Positions 37,995 through 48,550 are shown, counted from the first letter of the stretch. The stretch: 64,000 nucleotides of DNA from Gammaproteobacteria bacterium (GCA_963422205.2 CAXMWX010000005.1:128001-192000), one strand, 5' to 3'. Numbers and translations: made by a program. Notes: generated by a model not told the origin, from the sequence alone.

Positions 37995-38459
37995 ATGGCA
38001 CGGAAATCATTGCATAACATATTGAAATTAGAGAATTTTCTCCCCTACAGGTTATCCCTGCTATCGAACCTGATGAGCGGTGCTATCGCCAGAACCTATG
38101 AGGATAAGTTCGGTATCTCCATGCCGGAATGGCGCATCATGATGATCCTGGCGGAGTATCCTGACAGTGCCGCCGAGGCGGTGTGCCAGCGCACCCGGAT
38201 TGAAAAATCCGTGGTCAGCCGTGCCTTGTCCCGGTTGACCAAACGCCGCCTGGTAGATCGGAAAACCGACCCGGCAGACCGGCGCCGCTCTGTGTTGCGT
38301 CTGACCGAAACCGGCATGAGTGTCTATGCTGACGTCTTGCCGGTCGCCATCGACTATGAACAACAGTTTCTTGCCGCATTAAGCGATGAGGAGATCACGC
38401 GGCTCAATCAACTGATTGAGAAGCTGATGGCGGTGAGTCATGGCATGGAAAAACCGTAA
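37995..38459 (+). CDS. MarR family regulator 2
   Basis: LENFLPYRLS, EWRIMMIL, KSVVSRAL and [10 protein letters not shown] motifs. Confidence 0.9.
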   Translation: MARKSLHNILKLENFLPYRLSLLSNLMSGAIARTYEDKFGISMPEWRIMMILAEYPDSAAEAVCQRTRIEKSVVSRALSRLTKRRLVDRKTDPADRRRSVLRLTETGMSVYADVLPVAIDYEQQFLAALSDEEITRLNQLIEKLMAVSHGMEKP

Positions 38460-38647
38460 ACATCACGCACCACACACCGCCAGGGCATCCAGCCGCCGCC
38501 CGGCGATAACGGCAGTGATCCCAAAGGCAGATCATACCGATAGCCCTGCCTGATGGCAGCCCGCCCGTCCTCATCCAAGGGGGGCTTCTTTGTTCGGTGT
38601 ATTTGCGCTAATGTAGACCCCGGTATGGGTGAACCTGTAGCAATGCG

Positions 38648-40345
38648 GTGAACAAGACCAGGAAAAACGTCAGTGTCGTTGGCTCGGCCATGAACACGGG
38701 CAGAAAAGCCCACAAGAGATATGCGTTCATCAAGCCTGCCGCCATCGCCCGCCATGAGACAGAACACTGCCCGGTGATTATCGTCGGGGCTGGCCCGGTC
38801 GGGCTGACCGCAGCAATCGATCTGGCCCGGTACGGTATCAACTCCATCGTGCTGGAAAAATACAATACCATCAGCGATGGTTCACGTGCTATCTGCTGGG
38901 CAAAGCGTACCCTGGAGATACTCGACCGCCTGGGCACGGGCGAGCGCATGCTGGAGAGGGGCGTGATCTGGAATACCGGAAAGATGTTTGCCGATGCAGA
39001 TCGAGAGCCGCTGTACAGCTTCGACCTGCTGGCCGATAAGGATCAGCAGTTCCCGGCTTTTATCAACCTGCAACAATACTACACGGAAGAGTATCTGATC
39101 GAACAGCTTGCCGAGTTAAGCCTTGGCGAGATACGCTGGCAGAACACCGTGCTTGCGATCGATAATCGAGCCGATGAGGTCATCATCACAGTCGACACGC
39201 CCGCCGGACAATATCAGCTTGCCTGTGATTATCTGATTGCCGCCGATGGGTGCCGCAGCCAGGTGCGTGATTGCCTGGGGCTGGATTTTGACGGACGTAT
39301 TTTTGAAGATAACTTTTTGATCGCCGATGTCAAAATCCATACCGATTTCCCGGCAGAGCGGCGTTTCTGGTTTAACCCGCCGTTTAATCCGGGGCAGACC
39401 TCGTTAATCCACAAGCAGGCAGACGATGTCTACCGGATTGATTTTCAGTTGGGCTGGGACATTGATAAACAAGCCGCCTTAAAAGAAGAAAATGTGACCA
39501 AAAAAGTCCGGGCATTTCTCGGGCCGGGGGTAGATTTTCAATATGAATGGGTCAGCCTCTACACCTTTGCCTGCCTGCGTATGGAAAAATTTGTCCATGA
39601 CCGGGTCATTTTTGCCGGCGATGCCGCCCACCTGGTCTCCCCCTTCGGCGCCCGTGGTGCCAATGGCGGTATTCAGGATGCCGACAATCTGATATGGAAA
39701 CTGGCCCTGGTGTTAAACGGCCTGGCCTCACAAGAGCTGCTTCAATCCTATGATGCCGAGCGCATTTACGGTGCGGATGAGAATATCATGAACTCGGCGC
39801 GCAGCACCGATTTCATGTCGCCCAAAGGGGAAGTCAGCCTGGCGTTTCGCAATGCCACCCTGGAGTTGGCACGGGATTTTGAGTTCGCCCGCCGCTTTGT
39901 CAACGGCGGGCGGCTGTCAGTGCCGTGCACTCTGGATGAGTCACCGCTCAATACAAAAGATGAGGACCGGTTCTCTGACAAGCAGCGCCCTGGCTCGCCC
40001 TGCATGGATGCACCGATCCGTGCCAACAATCAGGATAGCTGGTTGTTAAAGCGACTGGGAAATCGTTTTGTCGGTTTATATTTTACCGATGGAACAACGG
40101 CATCACCACGGCCAGAGGACATAGCCACAGCCGCCGCCATCCCCCCCATCCCCCTGGAGTTGCTCATCGTCAATCAACAGAACACCGGGGATGTATACGA
40201 TAAAAAGGGGCTGGCATTTCAACATTACGATGCAACCCCGGGCACCTTCTATCTTATCCGCCCGGATCAGCATGTGGCGGCACGCTGGCGGCAGTTTAAT
40301 GCGGATAAAGTCGCAGCGGCCTTGAGAGTGGCTACCGCCCAGTAA
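38648..40345 (+). CDS. FAD-dependent aromatic monooxygenase (MhpA/MhaA-like)
   Basis: GAGPVG, AADG, GDAAHLVSPFGARGANGGIQD and C-terminal LIRPDQHVAAR motifs. Confidence 0.88.
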   Translation: MNKTRKNVSVVGSAMNTGRKAHKRYAFIKPAAIARHETEHCPVIIVGAGPVGLTAAIDLARYGINSIVLEKYNTISDGSRAICWAKRTLEILDRLGTGERMLERGVIWNTGKMFADADREPLYSFDLLADKDQQFPAFINLQQYYTEEYLIEQLAELSLGEIRWQNTVLAIDNRADEVIITVDTPAGQYQLACDYLIAADGCRSQVRDCLGLDFDGRIFEDNFLIADVKIHTDFPAERRFWFNPPFNPGQTSLIHKQADDVYRIDFQLGWDIDKQAALKEENVTKKVRAFLGPGVDFQYEWVSLYTFACLRMEKFVHDRVIFAGDAAHLVSPFGARGANGGIQDADNLIWKLALVLNGLASQELLQSYDAERIYGADENIMNSARSTDFMSPKGEVSLAFRNATLELARDFEFARRFVNGGRLSVPCTLDESPLNTKDEDRFSDKQRPGSPCMDAPIRANNQDSWLLKRLGNRFVGLYFTDGTTASPRPEDIATAAAIPPIPLELLIVNQQNTGDVYDKKGLAFQHYDATPGTFYLIRPDQHVAARWRQFNADKVAAALRVATAQ

Positions 40346-40634
40346 GATCACCCCGTAAGGCATGGCGGAAAAACAGCGGTCAGCCCTTGATCATCGTCTG
40401 GCATGGCATCTGCTGGTTTTTATCTCACCCCGGCAGTTTTTCGGCGTATGATGATCCTCCCTGATCGCACGTATCCCACACATGCCGGGCAAAAATACTC
40501 CCTGATCTGCGGCCATCATGCCGCAAGATATCAGCGGCAAAATCAACCCGGTCCCCCTTACATAAGAACAGCTTTTGTGTCAATTTCATGGCAGAATTGA
40601 GGGCATACATGACAACATGATTGAGGTGCGACCA

Positions 40635-41594
40635 ATGGCGAAAAAATTTGCCTCCCAGGCAGATATGGAAGAGAAACAGGTGACGTTTTCACGGCTGGCG
40701 GAAAATGCCTATGCCTACACGGCCGAGGGCGATCCTAATACCGGCGTGATTATCGGCGATGAGGCCGTGATGGTGGTCGATACCCAGGCCACGCCAATGA
40801 TGGCCGGCCGGGTAATTGAGAAGATCCGTACAGTCACCGACAAGCCGGTCAACTATGTCCTGATGACCCACTATCATGCCGTGCGCGTGTTGGGCGCTTC
40901 CGCCTATGAGCCGCAGCATATCATCGCCAGCCAGGACACCTACGATTTGATCGTCGAACGGGGTGAGGCCGACTGGAAATCTGAGTTTGAGCGCTTCCCC
41001 CGTCTGTTCCAGGGCCATGAATCCATCCCCGGACTGACCTGGCCGAACATTGTATTCCAGGGCGAGATGACCTTATGGCTGGGCAAGACCGAGGTCAAGA
41101 TCATGCAAAAAGGCCGTGGTCACACCAAGGGCGATACGGTTGCCTGGCTGCCGAAAGAGCGCGTGTTGTACACTGGCGATCTGGTCGAATACGGCGCCAC
41201 GCCCTATACCGGCGATGCCTATCTGAAAGACTGGCCGGCCACGCTGGATAAGCTACTGGCACTTGATCCGGTCGCCATGGTGCCCGGACGTGGCGATGCA
41301 CTGACCACAGCAGAGACCATTGCGGCGGCGATTGGTGGCACCCGCAACTTCATCACCGCCATGTACCGCGCAGTTGAGGCCGGAAAAAAAGCCGGCAAGG
41401 ATTTGAACACCATCTATAAGGAAACCTATGCGGCACTAGAACCGGACTACGGCCACTGGGTGATCTTTGATCACTGCCTGCCGTTTGATGTCACCCGTGC
41501 TTATGACATCGCCGATGGCATTGAGGACCCGCGGATCTGGACGGCCGAGCGTGACGCCCAAATGTGGCAGGCACTGGAGGGCCAGCCCGGGTGA
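40635..41594 (+). CDS. Metallo-beta-lactamase fold protein with atypical metal motif
   Basis: AEGDPNTG, THYHAVRVLG (HxHxxR in place of HxHxDH), GHTKGD and PGRG; start reassigned to 40635. Confidence 0.85.
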   Translation: MAKKFASQADMEEKQVTFSRLAENAYAYTAEGDPNTGVIIGDEAVMVVDTQATPMMAGRVIEKIRTVTDKPVNYVLMTHYHAVRVLGASAYEPQHIIASQDTYDLIVERGEADWKSEFERFPRLFQGHESIPGLTWPNIVFQGEMTLWLGKTEVKIMQKGRGHTKGDTVAWLPKERVLYTGDLVEYGATPYTGDAYLKDWPATLDKLLALDPVAMVPGRGDALTTAETIAAAIGGTRNFITAMYRAVEAGKKAGKDLNTIYKETYAALEPDYGHWVIFDHCLPFDVTRAYDIADGIEDPRIWTAERDAQMWQALEGQPG

Positions 41595-41788
41595 CCAGGC
41601 TGCGTACCTCGCCGGGCATAGCCGATGCGGATGATTTTTACGCCCGGCTGATGGAGCTGCATCGGGGGCTGACCCAGGAGCAGAGCAACAAGATCAACGC
41701 CAAGATCACTTTGCTGCTGGCCAACCATGTGGGGGATGCTGAGGTGTTGGATGAGGTGCTGGGGTATGTTAAGAACAGCCTGGGATAA
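41591..41788 (+). CDS. DUF2783-like small protein
   Basis: GTGA overlap with the upstream stop; DDFYARLMELHRGL..S..INAKITLLLANHVGD. Confidence 0.8.
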   Translation: MTRLRTSPGIADADDFYARLMELHRGLTQEQSNKINAKITLLLANHVGDAEVLDEVLGYVKNSLG

Positions 41789-42370
41789 GAAGGCGTAGCA
41801 GACAAGCGTACTGCGCTGCGATGGATGTGCGCATCAGAACTTATACAAGCCGTCAACATCGTGGTATGAACGTACCAGGCCCCAGACAGCCGCCGCCAGT
41901 GGCTGTGCTTATCATCAGCCGCATCGTGTTATCTGCGTACGCCAGAAGCGCTGTTGCCGAAGATAAAACCGCTGGCGGTGCCGACAATGAGCGAAATCAG
42001 CCTGTTCGCCCACACCTGAAGTTCTTTGTTATCGTTAAAAAGGCGATGGCTGGAAACACCGCACCAATGCCCACTGCGGCAGCCCTGGTTTTCAAGCATT
42101 CGATCTCCATCGCGACCGCCGCAATAGCATCGGATGGCAGTGCGTGAGTGGATTGGATAGTCTCGGCCACCGCCCTGCTGCTTATTGATTGAGAATACCA
42201 ACCAACCCAGCATCCAGCACCGCCGGGCCTGACGTGAAGCCGATGTGGGTTCTACCAGAGAGGCGCTGCGCTTGATAGACTTTCATGACCGATAGCGCGC
42301 AGCGAATGATCCCGGCTTTTCTCGTCCCCTCATCCCTGGCGATCATCGGTCAATGTATGTTATTCTCAAT

Positions 42371-42925
42371 TCAGGATGCTTCGGTGGCAATGCCGATGAT
42401 GATCGCCGTGGAGCAATGATAGACACTGCTCGCCGTGCCCAGACACCAGTTGGTATCGTTGTTGGAAAAGGCGCGGTAAGGCGGGATGTCGCCCTCGTTA
42501 TTATTGCACAGACAACGGCTGCAACTGGTCTTGGCACAGCAGTCGTTGTAGGAAATAATGTAATCTTTCCCATCAGCCGGATTCGTGCAGGTACCTATCC
42601 AGGTCATGGGCGACATCTCTGTGCCCGGGGGACAACTCCTGTGGCTGCCACCGCAACAGCTACACAAAAAACCATCGATAGCACAGTAACGCCAGTAATC
42701 ACAGGAGGCCGGATCGCCCGGATCACCGGCCTGACCCGAGGTCTGTGGCGCCACTCCGGGATACCCCGAACCACCCCCGCCATCTGCCGCCCTGGCCACC
42801 GGTAACAAGGGCACCGCCGCTCCACCCACCAGCAGGCTGCCGAGGCCGGTCAAGAAGCTGCGCCTTGAGGTCTTGCGTGCAACGTGGCGTGCTGTGATGA
42901 CAACCAAACGATCCAGCCATTGCAT
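42371..42925 (-). CDS. mauA: TTQ amine dehydrogenase light chain, copy 2
   Basis: Tat motif SRRSFL; CDYWRYCAIDGFLCSCCGG, TWIGTC and DTNWCLG. Confidence 0.93.
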   Translation of the reverse strand: MQWLDRLVVITARHVARKTSRRSFLTGLGSLLVGGAAVPLLPVARAADGGGGSGYPGVAPQTSGQAGDPGDPASCDYWRYCAIDGFLCSCCGGSHRSCPPGTEMSPMTWIGTCTNPADGKDYIISYNDCCAKTSCSRCLCNNNEGDIPPYRAFSNNDTNWCLGTASSVYHCSTAIIIGIATEAS

Positions 42926-42937
42926 GATTATTCGCTC

Positions 42938-43579
42938 CTAATGTGAATTGCCGGAAGCAGGGGCTTGCTGATCCGAATCGACCGCAACCGCACGATGAAT
43001 GTATTCCTGCAACGAAGCAACACCGCGCTCTTTCGATTCAAACAGACTTTCCAGATGCTCGCGCGAATTGATGATGCCCATGGAGGCAACCTTGCCCTGC
43101 TCATCAATCAATACCGCATAGGGCAGTTTCGATACGCCATAACTGCGCCCGAGTATCTCCGATGAAATATAGCTAAACCTGGCCAGATCATACCTGGCGA
43201 TATAGGATTCATGATCGTGATGATCACCATCACTGGCCAGGATGATCTCCAGCCATTGGTTTTCACTTTTATGCGCCGACTTGACCATCGGCAGCAAGGT
43301 CTTGCATACCGGGCAGGTGGGCGAGATGAAAAACACCAGTGTGCTTTTACCGTTTCTCGGCACACCACCTACGGTTATCAGCCTGCCATTAATATCCAGT
43401 AACTCCAGTTGTTTGATCGGCTGTCCCACTTTAAGGGTCTGATTCATCATCAGCGCACCGGCGGGCGCCACCCGCTCATACAACACGCCGATCTGCCTGA
43501 CCAGGGCGAAGATAACCACCGCCATCAGCAGCACGACTATCCACAGCAAAACAGTCGAGATGAGCAATGCCTCAGCCAT
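42938..43579 (-). CDS. mauD: Amine dehydrogenase maturation thioredoxin-like protein
   Basis: RQIGVLYERVAPAGAL, SPTCPVCK and NSREHLESL motifs. Confidence 0.93.
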   Translation of the reverse strand: MAEALLISTVLLWIVVLLMAVVIFALVRQIGVLYERVAPAGALMMNQTLKVGQPIKQLELLDINGRLITVGGVPRNGKSTLVFFISPTCPVCKTLLPMVKSAHKSENQWLEIILASDGDHHDHESYIARYDLARFSYISSEILGRSYGVSKLPYAVLIDEQGKVASMGIINSREHLESLFESKERGVASLQEYIHRAVAVDSDQQAPASGNSH

Positions 43580-44117
43580 GTTGCGGCCTCAATGTTTTTA
43601 ACAATCCCCGGTTCACCAGCAGTTGATTGACAATGTTATAAAACAAACCGCCCACAGCGGTTGCCAGCACAATCACCACCCAGTCAAACCAGAGCAAAGG
43701 ACGCGCCGGTGGCGGATGCAGAATGATCCAGGCAAACATGAACAAGACGGCATTACGCAGCACCAGCCAGGCGCTGATTGCCTGCCGTTGATCAGGGGCA
43801 CCACAACCGCAATCAATGCTATCTCTGCCACGTAACAAATTCACAACGATTGCCAGCATGTAGACCAGCAACAACAGCATGGCACTGACCGCAGCAAATG
43901 AGGAGACCATCGGGACTAACAAAGCAAGGCCAGTGCCTGATTCGAGCAGCGGCAATAACCCGGCTATTGCATTGGCTGATCGTTCGGGTAACACGCGGTA
44001 GCCTTTTACAGTCTCGGTAAACTCAAGGGGGTTTTGCCACTTGTGAAACGCCGCCACCACAAAGACATAGCTCAACAACAGTGACAGTGTGATGGTGATG
44101 ATGGGATCAAAAACCAC
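43572..44117 (-). CDS. mauE: Amine dehydrogenase maturation membrane protein
   Basis: NLLRGRDSIDCGCG..LVLRN; multiple TM segments. Confidence 0.9.
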   Translation of the reverse strand: MVFDPIITITLSLLLSYVFVVAAFHKWQNPLEFTETVKGYRVLPERSANAIAGLLPLLESGTGLALLVPMVSSFAAVSAMLLLLVYMLAIVVNLLRGRDSIDCGCGAPDQRQAISAWLVLRNAVLFMFAWIILHPPPARPLLWFDWVVIVLATAVGGLFYNIVNQLLVNRGLLKTLRPQHG

Positions 44118-44129
44118 GGCCAGGCCCGG

Positions 44130-45308
44130 TCAATGCGCCGCATGGAGGATGAAGGGCGTCTCAAAGGCGCGCCCGCCGATCGTGCGCTGCCACTGCCCCG
44201 ACTCAATGTGATACACATCCAGGTTCATATCGCCATTGGTGACGACCAGATAGGGATCATCGTGCCGGGTCGCCTGAATGGAAACGCCCCAGTGCTTTAA
44301 TGTGATCTTGTCGATGCGTTTGCCGGTGACTGCATCGTAAACCCACACCTCGCTGCCGCCGTTTTTATGGCTGCCGTCAAACCCATCTTGGTGCATCAAC
44401 ACGAACAGGCGCCCGCTGTCTTCATCGGCGGTGATGATCTGCCAGCCGCCCGGACGCCAGTTCTGCTGTTGCTCTGCTGGCCTGCTCAAGGCCCAGCCCG
44501 GGCCGATCACCGGCTCTTCCGTACGCATGTCCACCGTCTGAATCATGCCCTTGAACGAGGGGTAATAAGCAATGCCGTCAATCATGGCCGGTTTGGCAAA
44601 CAGAGGATCATCATCGGCATGAAAAAACGGCTTCGTCCTGGCCTGTTTTTTCACCTGGCCGTTTTTATCCAGCTGCGTCACCAGCATGGTGTTATCACTG
44701 CACAGGCTGCCAAAGCTCAACTTGCCGGAGGGGTAGATCATGGCACAACCCGCAATGGGGATATCGTTCAAGATGCGGCGCTGCTCAATGTCAATCACCA
44801 ACACGCTGGCCGCCGGCGTGAAATTAAACACCAGCAGCAGCCGTTCATCATCGAGAAACTGCAAGGTATTCTTGTGGGTGACAAACTGCCCGCGTTTGCC
44901 GCCCGGCAGAATAATCTCATCGATCGGCGTCAGGTTTTCCTTATCATAAATGGTCAGCAGGTCTGTGCGCTCACCCCGCACACGGCGGCTGTACACGGTC
45001 TCGGCGACATATAATTCAGGCCGCTTGCTCGAAGCCAGGAAGGAGGCAAACTGTCCGGCAGGCAGCGAGCCTTTGTAATTCCTGTTCTTTGCCGCCACAT
45101 CAACGATAACCACCTTGCCGTCCACCAGGGAGAAGAAATTGCTATCGTGTGCATACACCCAGGTGGCCGGATACACTGCCGGTAACTTCTCTACCACAGG
45201 GATAGGCTCTGCCGACAGTTCAGCACGTGCCAGCGGTGCGATCACCATGGCCGGTATCAGTACACCCGGTAGCAGTATATTCGGTAACAGGGCGCTCCAG
45301 CATCTCAT
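44130..45308 (-). CDS. mauB: TTQ amine dehydrogenase heavy chain, copy 2
   Basis: Signal peptide ending ARA; YSRRVRGERTD, FNFTPAASV, WRPGGWQ and SHKNGGSEVWVYD; start reassigned to 45308. Confidence 0.92.
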   Translation of the reverse strand: MRCWSALLPNILLPGVLIPAMVIAPLARAELSAEPIPVVEKLPAVYPATWVYAHDSNFFSLVDGKVVIVDVAAKNRNYKGSLPAGQFASFLASSKRPELYVAETVYSRRVRGERTDLLTIYDKENLTPIDEIILPGGKRGQFVTHKNTLQFLDDERLLLVFNFTPAASVLVIDIEQRRILNDIPIAGCAMIYPSGKLSFGSLCSDNTMLVTQLDKNGQVKKQARTKPFFHADDDPLFAKPAMIDGIAYYPSFKGMIQTVDMRTEEPVIGPGWALSRPAEQQQNWRPGGWQIITADEDSGRLFVLMHQDGFDGSHKNGGSEVWVYDAVTGKRIDKITLKHWGVSIQATRHDDPYLVVTNGDMNLDVYHIESGQWQRTIGGRAFETPFILHAAH

Positions 45309-45385
45309 CTGCTTACACCTGCATGTATATTGGCAGCCATATGACCTGCCGCGCTGGCCCGCTCGTTCAATCACGCTTTCAAGGC

Positions 45386-47626
45386 TTAAAAACTGTAGGA
45401 AATACTGCCGCCTATCCATCGTGGCAGGCCGTAGTATTGCTCGGTCATGCCCAGCACGGTGGCCAGATCAAAGGTCTGCACCAGATACTCCTCATCAAAC
45501 AGGTTATTGACAAAGATGGCCGCTTCCCATTTTTGATCGGCGGTGGTGTAACTGACGCGGGAATTGACCACGGCATAGCCATTCTCGGTCACGGCCTGGG
45601 CCTGGGTTAAGCTGAAAAAATGCTCGGAGCGATAATGAACATCGCCCTGGATGGCGATGGCAGCACCGCCCGGCACCGACCACTCATAGCGCACCAGGCC
45701 ATTGAGGTTCCATTTCGGTGATTGTACCGGTTTGGTATCGCGCACACCGAGGCCAATCTGCAAGTCCACCGGCAGGTCGATATCCACATAGCCCACGCCG
45801 AACAGCAAGTCTAGGCCATCGGTTGGCGAGGCCTGTAATTCCACTTCAAAGCCATGATTTTTGGCATCGGCATTGAAGATAAACGTGGACAGACCGACGA
45901 TGCGAAAGGCCTGGAAATCCTGGTAGTCGTAATAAAACGCCGAGGCATTTAAGCGCGCCAGCCCGCCGGCCAGGGTGGACTTAAAGCCGATCTCATAGGC
46001 ATCGAGCTTCTCCTCATCAAAGCGCATCAGGGCATCATCCAGCGTAAGACCGGTAATATCCAACGGTGCATTAAAACCGCCGCCTTTAACACCGCGGTTC
46101 CAACTGGCGTAGACCAGGAGATCATCGGTTGGCCGCCAGTCCAGCTCCACCCGGGCCGACCACAGCCCACGATCCAGCTTGCCGTCATAGCGACCGCTCT
46201 CCGCAATAATATTCGGGTTACCGTTACGCTGGCGCATACCGGGTTCAAAATCCACAAAATTGCTGACATAGCTGTGGGTCTTCTCTTCCTCTATCCAGCG
46301 AAAGCCGGCGATGGCGGTGAACTGCTCCGTCAAGTCATATTCCACCTGCCCGAACACCGACCAGCTTTTGGTGTCCGTGGTGTACGGATTATCCGAGCCC
46401 TGAAAAGAACCATCGCTATCGACCAAGGGGCCGGGAACCCCAAGGGCGACGGCAACGCCCGGACCACTCAAGGGCTGCTCGGCGCCGTTGGCATCATTAA
46501 CATCGATGTCGAGATAGTAAAACCCCGCCACCCAGCGCATGACATCCGTCTCGCCATTGACGCGCAACTCCTGCGAGAACTGCCCGGCATCGGTATTTAG
46601 GAAAAAATTGAAATCGGCAAACGGCGAGGCGTCCGAGTCCTCAAGGTAGTCCCGTTTAATGTGCTGATAGTCGGTAATGGAGGTCAGTTGCATGCCATCG
46701 GCCAGATTCCATTTAAGCGTGCCGGATACGCCGTAGGATTCCATGTCCTGAAAACCAAACCGGTCATAGTCACCAGCGAACACATCGCCGTCCGCATCGC
46801 GGTAGCCGTTGATATTAGCCAGGTTGGGTGTCAGCTCGCCCAGCCCATCCCCATCCAGATCACGCGATGAGACGTTCTCGAACGGGCCGCCGGTGCGAAT
46901 ATTCTGCAAGGCGCCGCGCACATTGACCAGCAGCTCCAAATCGTCAGTCGGGCTGAACAGTAACTGCAAACGCGCCGCATAGTCATCGGCGTTATTAATG
47001 TCATCACCCAGCACGCGGTTTTCAATGTAGCCATCGTTATGGTGGGTGGCAACGGATAAACGGGCGGCCAGCGTATCACCGAGACCACCGCCCACGGCGC
47101 CCTGGAACTTCACCTGATTATAAGAGCCCAGCGTGACCTGGCCGTAGCCGTCAAATTCCTGGGTCGGCTTGCGGGTGACATAATGCGCCAGTCCGCCGGT
47201 GGCGTTGCGCCCGAACAGGGTGCCCTGCGGGCCGCGCAATAACTCAACACGCTCCATGTCAAACAGCAGAAAACCCGCCCCCGACATCTGGCTGACATAG
47301 ACCTCATCCACATAGATGGACACCGGGCTTTCCTGGTTGCTGATAAAATCATTCTGCGCCACGCCGCGAATGGCGAGAGCATAATTGGACGGCCCATTAG
47401 GCTGAATCGTGCTGACCCCAGGCGCCAGGGCGGATAACTCCTGGGCATTGGTGTAGCCCAGCGCCCGTAATTGCTCGCCGGAGAAAGCAGTGACTGAAAT
47501 ACCCACATCCTGCAAATTCTGCTCACGCTTCTGGGCAGTGACCACCACCTCTTCGAGCACGATTCGTGCATTAGCCACATGGAACAGGCCGAGACAGGCC
47601 AAAGCGAGACCGATTTTCTTCATCAT
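45386..47626 (-). CDS. TonB-dependent receptor 2
   Basis: LEEVVVTAQKREQ, RGPQGTLFGRNATGG and C-terminal ISYSF. Confidence 0.95.
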   Translation of the reverse strand: MMKKIGLALACLGLFHVANARIVLEEVVVTAQKREQNLQDVGISVTAFSGEQLRALGYTNAQELSALAPGVSTIQPNGPSNYALAIRGVAQNDFISNQESPVSIYVDEVYVSQMSGAGFLLFDMERVELLRGPQGTLFGRNATGGLAHYVTRKPTQEFDGYGQVTLGSYNQVKFQGAVGGGLGDTLAARLSVATHHNDGYIENRVLGDDINNADDYAARLQLLFSPTDDLELLVNVRGALQNIRTGGPFENVSSRDLDGDGLGELTPNLANINGYRDADGDVFAGDYDRFGFQDMESYGVSGTLKWNLADGMQLTSITDYQHIKRDYLEDSDASPFADFNFFLNTDAGQFSQELRVNGETDVMRWVAGFYYLDIDVNDANGAEQPLSGPGVAVALGVPGPLVDSDGSFQGSDNPYTTDTKSWSVFGQVEYDLTEQFTAIAGFRWIEEEKTHSYVSNFVDFEPGMRQRNGNPNIIAESGRYDGKLDRGLWSARVELDWRPTDDLLVYASWNRGVKGGGFNAPLDITGLTLDDALMRFDEEKLDAYEIGFKSTLAGGLARLNASAFYYDYQDFQAFRIVGLSTFIFNADAKNHGFEVELQASPTDGLDLLFGVGYVDIDLPVDLQIGLGVRDTKPVQSPKWNLNGLVRYEWSVPGGAAIAIQGDVHYRSEHFFSLTQAQAVTENGYAVVNSRVSYTTADQKWEAAIFVNNLFDEEYLVQTFDLATVLGMTEQYYGLPRWIGGSISYSF

Positions 47627-47727
47627 TGTTATACTCCCCCAAGAATGATTGATACAAGGACTTAACGGACGCTGGCGCGTTCATGCAAATTTAACCCAAA
47701 CCATCCGCTGTATGTGTCCAAGCACTT

Positions 47728-47743
47728 TAGGACAAGCGCCCAA
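47728..47743. promoter_or_regulatory. Imperfect palindrome TAGGAC-N4-GCCCAA, candidate TetR operator
   Basis: Lies between receptor 2 and TetR; a related site is at 51884-51899. Confidence 0.4.
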
Positions 47744-47872
47744 ATATAGCACATAAAAATCAGGGGTAAAGAGGAAATCAGCCCTGGTTACAACATTGTT
47801 GGTATATGGCAACAGCAGCGGGCGAACTCCTCATCCCATGACCAAAGCCGTTGATTTGGTTAAGATGACCCC

Positions 47873-48550
47873 GTGGTCTTACGCACTCGAAAAGCCTTAA
47901 ATCGCCCCGGCACCGCCACCCAGGAAAAGGGCTTATCTCGCCTTGTGAATATCCTGGATGCAGCACATGCGGTGTTCACGACCGAGGGCTATGCCAACCT
48001 GTCCATGCGTAAGGTGGCAAAACAGGCGGAGATCTCCATTGGTAATCTGAACTATTACTACCGCACCAAGGAGGACTTGCTGCGCGATCTGGCCGACTAT
48101 TTTGTCACGCCTTATATCGAAGAGTTTGATCGCGCCCGACAGCAGGCCGGGGAGTCACCGGAGCGGCAGCTAAGAGCCGTGCTTGATTTTTGGGTGGCGG
48201 ACTTGAGCACACCGGAGACCACCGCCTTCTTCCCGGAATTGTGGGCGCTCAGTAATCATAACCCGTACATCGCCGAACTGCTGGATGAGGTGTATATCGC
48301 CGCCAGGGAGTCCTTAAACGAGCTGGTGCCACAGATCAACGGCAGCCTGTCAAAGACCGAGGCCGAGCAAGTGTGTTTGTGCATGTGTGCAGCGATGGAG
48401 GGGCTGACGATCTTTGTTGGTCACGAGAAACCTTGGTACCCGCAACGGGATGCTATCCGCCGGCTCACCGTCGACTCGCTGATGAACATGGCAAAGCATA
48501 CCATTGGCAAAAAAAACACGCGCAAGGCGCGAGCTGATTGCCACCGGTAA
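47873..48550 (+). CDS. TetR/AcrR family regulator
   Basis: ILDAAHAVF..GYANLSMRKVA..ISIGNLNYYYRTKEDL. Confidence 0.93.
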   Translation: MVLRTRKALNRPGTATQEKGLSRLVNILDAAHAVFTTEGYANLSMRKVAKQAEISIGNLNYYYRTKEDLLRDLADYFVTPYIEEFDRARQQAGESPERQLRAVLDFWVADLSTPETTAFFPELWALSNHNPYIAELLDEVYIAARESLNELVPQINGSLSKTEAEQVCLCMCAAMEGLTIFVGHEKPWYPQRDAIRRLTVDSLMNMAKHTIGKKNTRKARADCHR

